Shown here: one piece after another, positions 63,721-64,000 of the stretch | How positions within the stretch are numbered: position 1 is the first letter of the stretch | How the letters are laid out: each line of letters starts with the position of its first letter | Assembly: GCA_964036045.1 (NCBI GenBank) | Contig: OZ038378.1 | Span: 94,674,001 to 94,738,000 of the forward strand | DNA from: Eutreptiella sp. 'Long Island Sound 2002' | Taxonomy: Eukaryota > Protista > Euglenida | Direction: 5' to 3' | DNA length: 64,000 bases | The notes under the pieces: generated by a model | The model's input: the letters and a program-made list of their open reading frames with translations, nothing else | Database searches by the model: none | Told to the model about the DNA's origin: nothing | Made by a program: the position numbers and the translations under genes

Positions 63721-64000
63721 CCGGAGCCATGTGGGTTCTGCGGTCGTTCCACCGGGACCTGTGAAACCATGTTGACCACGTTGAATGGGACCAAGGTGTG
63801 CACCAAATGCCCTTACCGGTATAGCTTCAAGTACAAGAACGCATTGGAGAAAAAGCGCAATGTCCCAAGGAAGTGTCCGGTGCCAATGTGCCCGGCATCC
63901 CCGTTCACATTGAATATCCAATGCCACTTGCAGCTCGTGCATCCTGGATTGGACCCCAAAACAATTGAAGTAAGTGATTGGATTGTGGAGAAGCAAATTG
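63721..64000 (+). other. Cys/His-rich zinc-binding coding fragment running off the window end
   Basis: PCGFCGRSTGTC..VCTKCPYRYSFKYKNA..CPVPMCP..IQCHLQLVHP in one frame after the stop at 63715; not in the ORF track because the frame has no stop inside the window. Confidence 0.5.

Noticed and set aside
1-64000. rRNA, tRNA or SL RNA genes
   Set aside because: No recognisable conserved rRNA segment, tRNA cloverleaf with A/B boxes or spliced-leader exon was seen by eye.

Overview
This is eukaryotic DNA with GT-AG introns and TTAGGG-like repeats; a protist such as a euglenid is a weak inference only. The one recognisable host exon is a type II pantothenate kinase exon at 1811-2013 (-). Most of the rest is nested transposable elements or unassigned decayed sequence. 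The main discovery is a family of 6.4-7.3 kb cut-and-paste DNA transposons present as five highly diverged members. A (4527-11846), B (19560-25928) and C (32901-39298) are complete, with CTTAG...CTAAG TIRs and 5-bp TSDs; F and G are decayed. A, B, C and F carry a DDE-like transposase (DN / D / GxWHxYK / EExxE motifs, Academ/DUF6589-like by inference) and an intron-containing second gene; G retains only the transposase. The second gene has a ParB/Sulfiredoxin-like N-terminal domain (GQxR ... W/YxxxGQH) and a probably inactive methyltransferase-like fold. A, B, C and F each carry many copies of their own 16-20 bp palindrome, mostly in UTRs and introns, often 60 or 70 bp apart, resembling a ParB/parS pair on a eukaryotic transposon. 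A separate CACTA/CMC-like element (D, 30261-44569, 3-bp TSD) carries a 2OG-Fe(II) dioxygenase-like cargo gene. Also present are a CCCTTGG-ended non-autonomous family, a hAT remnant, satellites and a ~1.1 kb segment bracketed by telomere-like repeats. All protein-coding TE genes seen are interrupted by stops or frameshifts. Family assignments come from reading motifs by eye; no database search was run.
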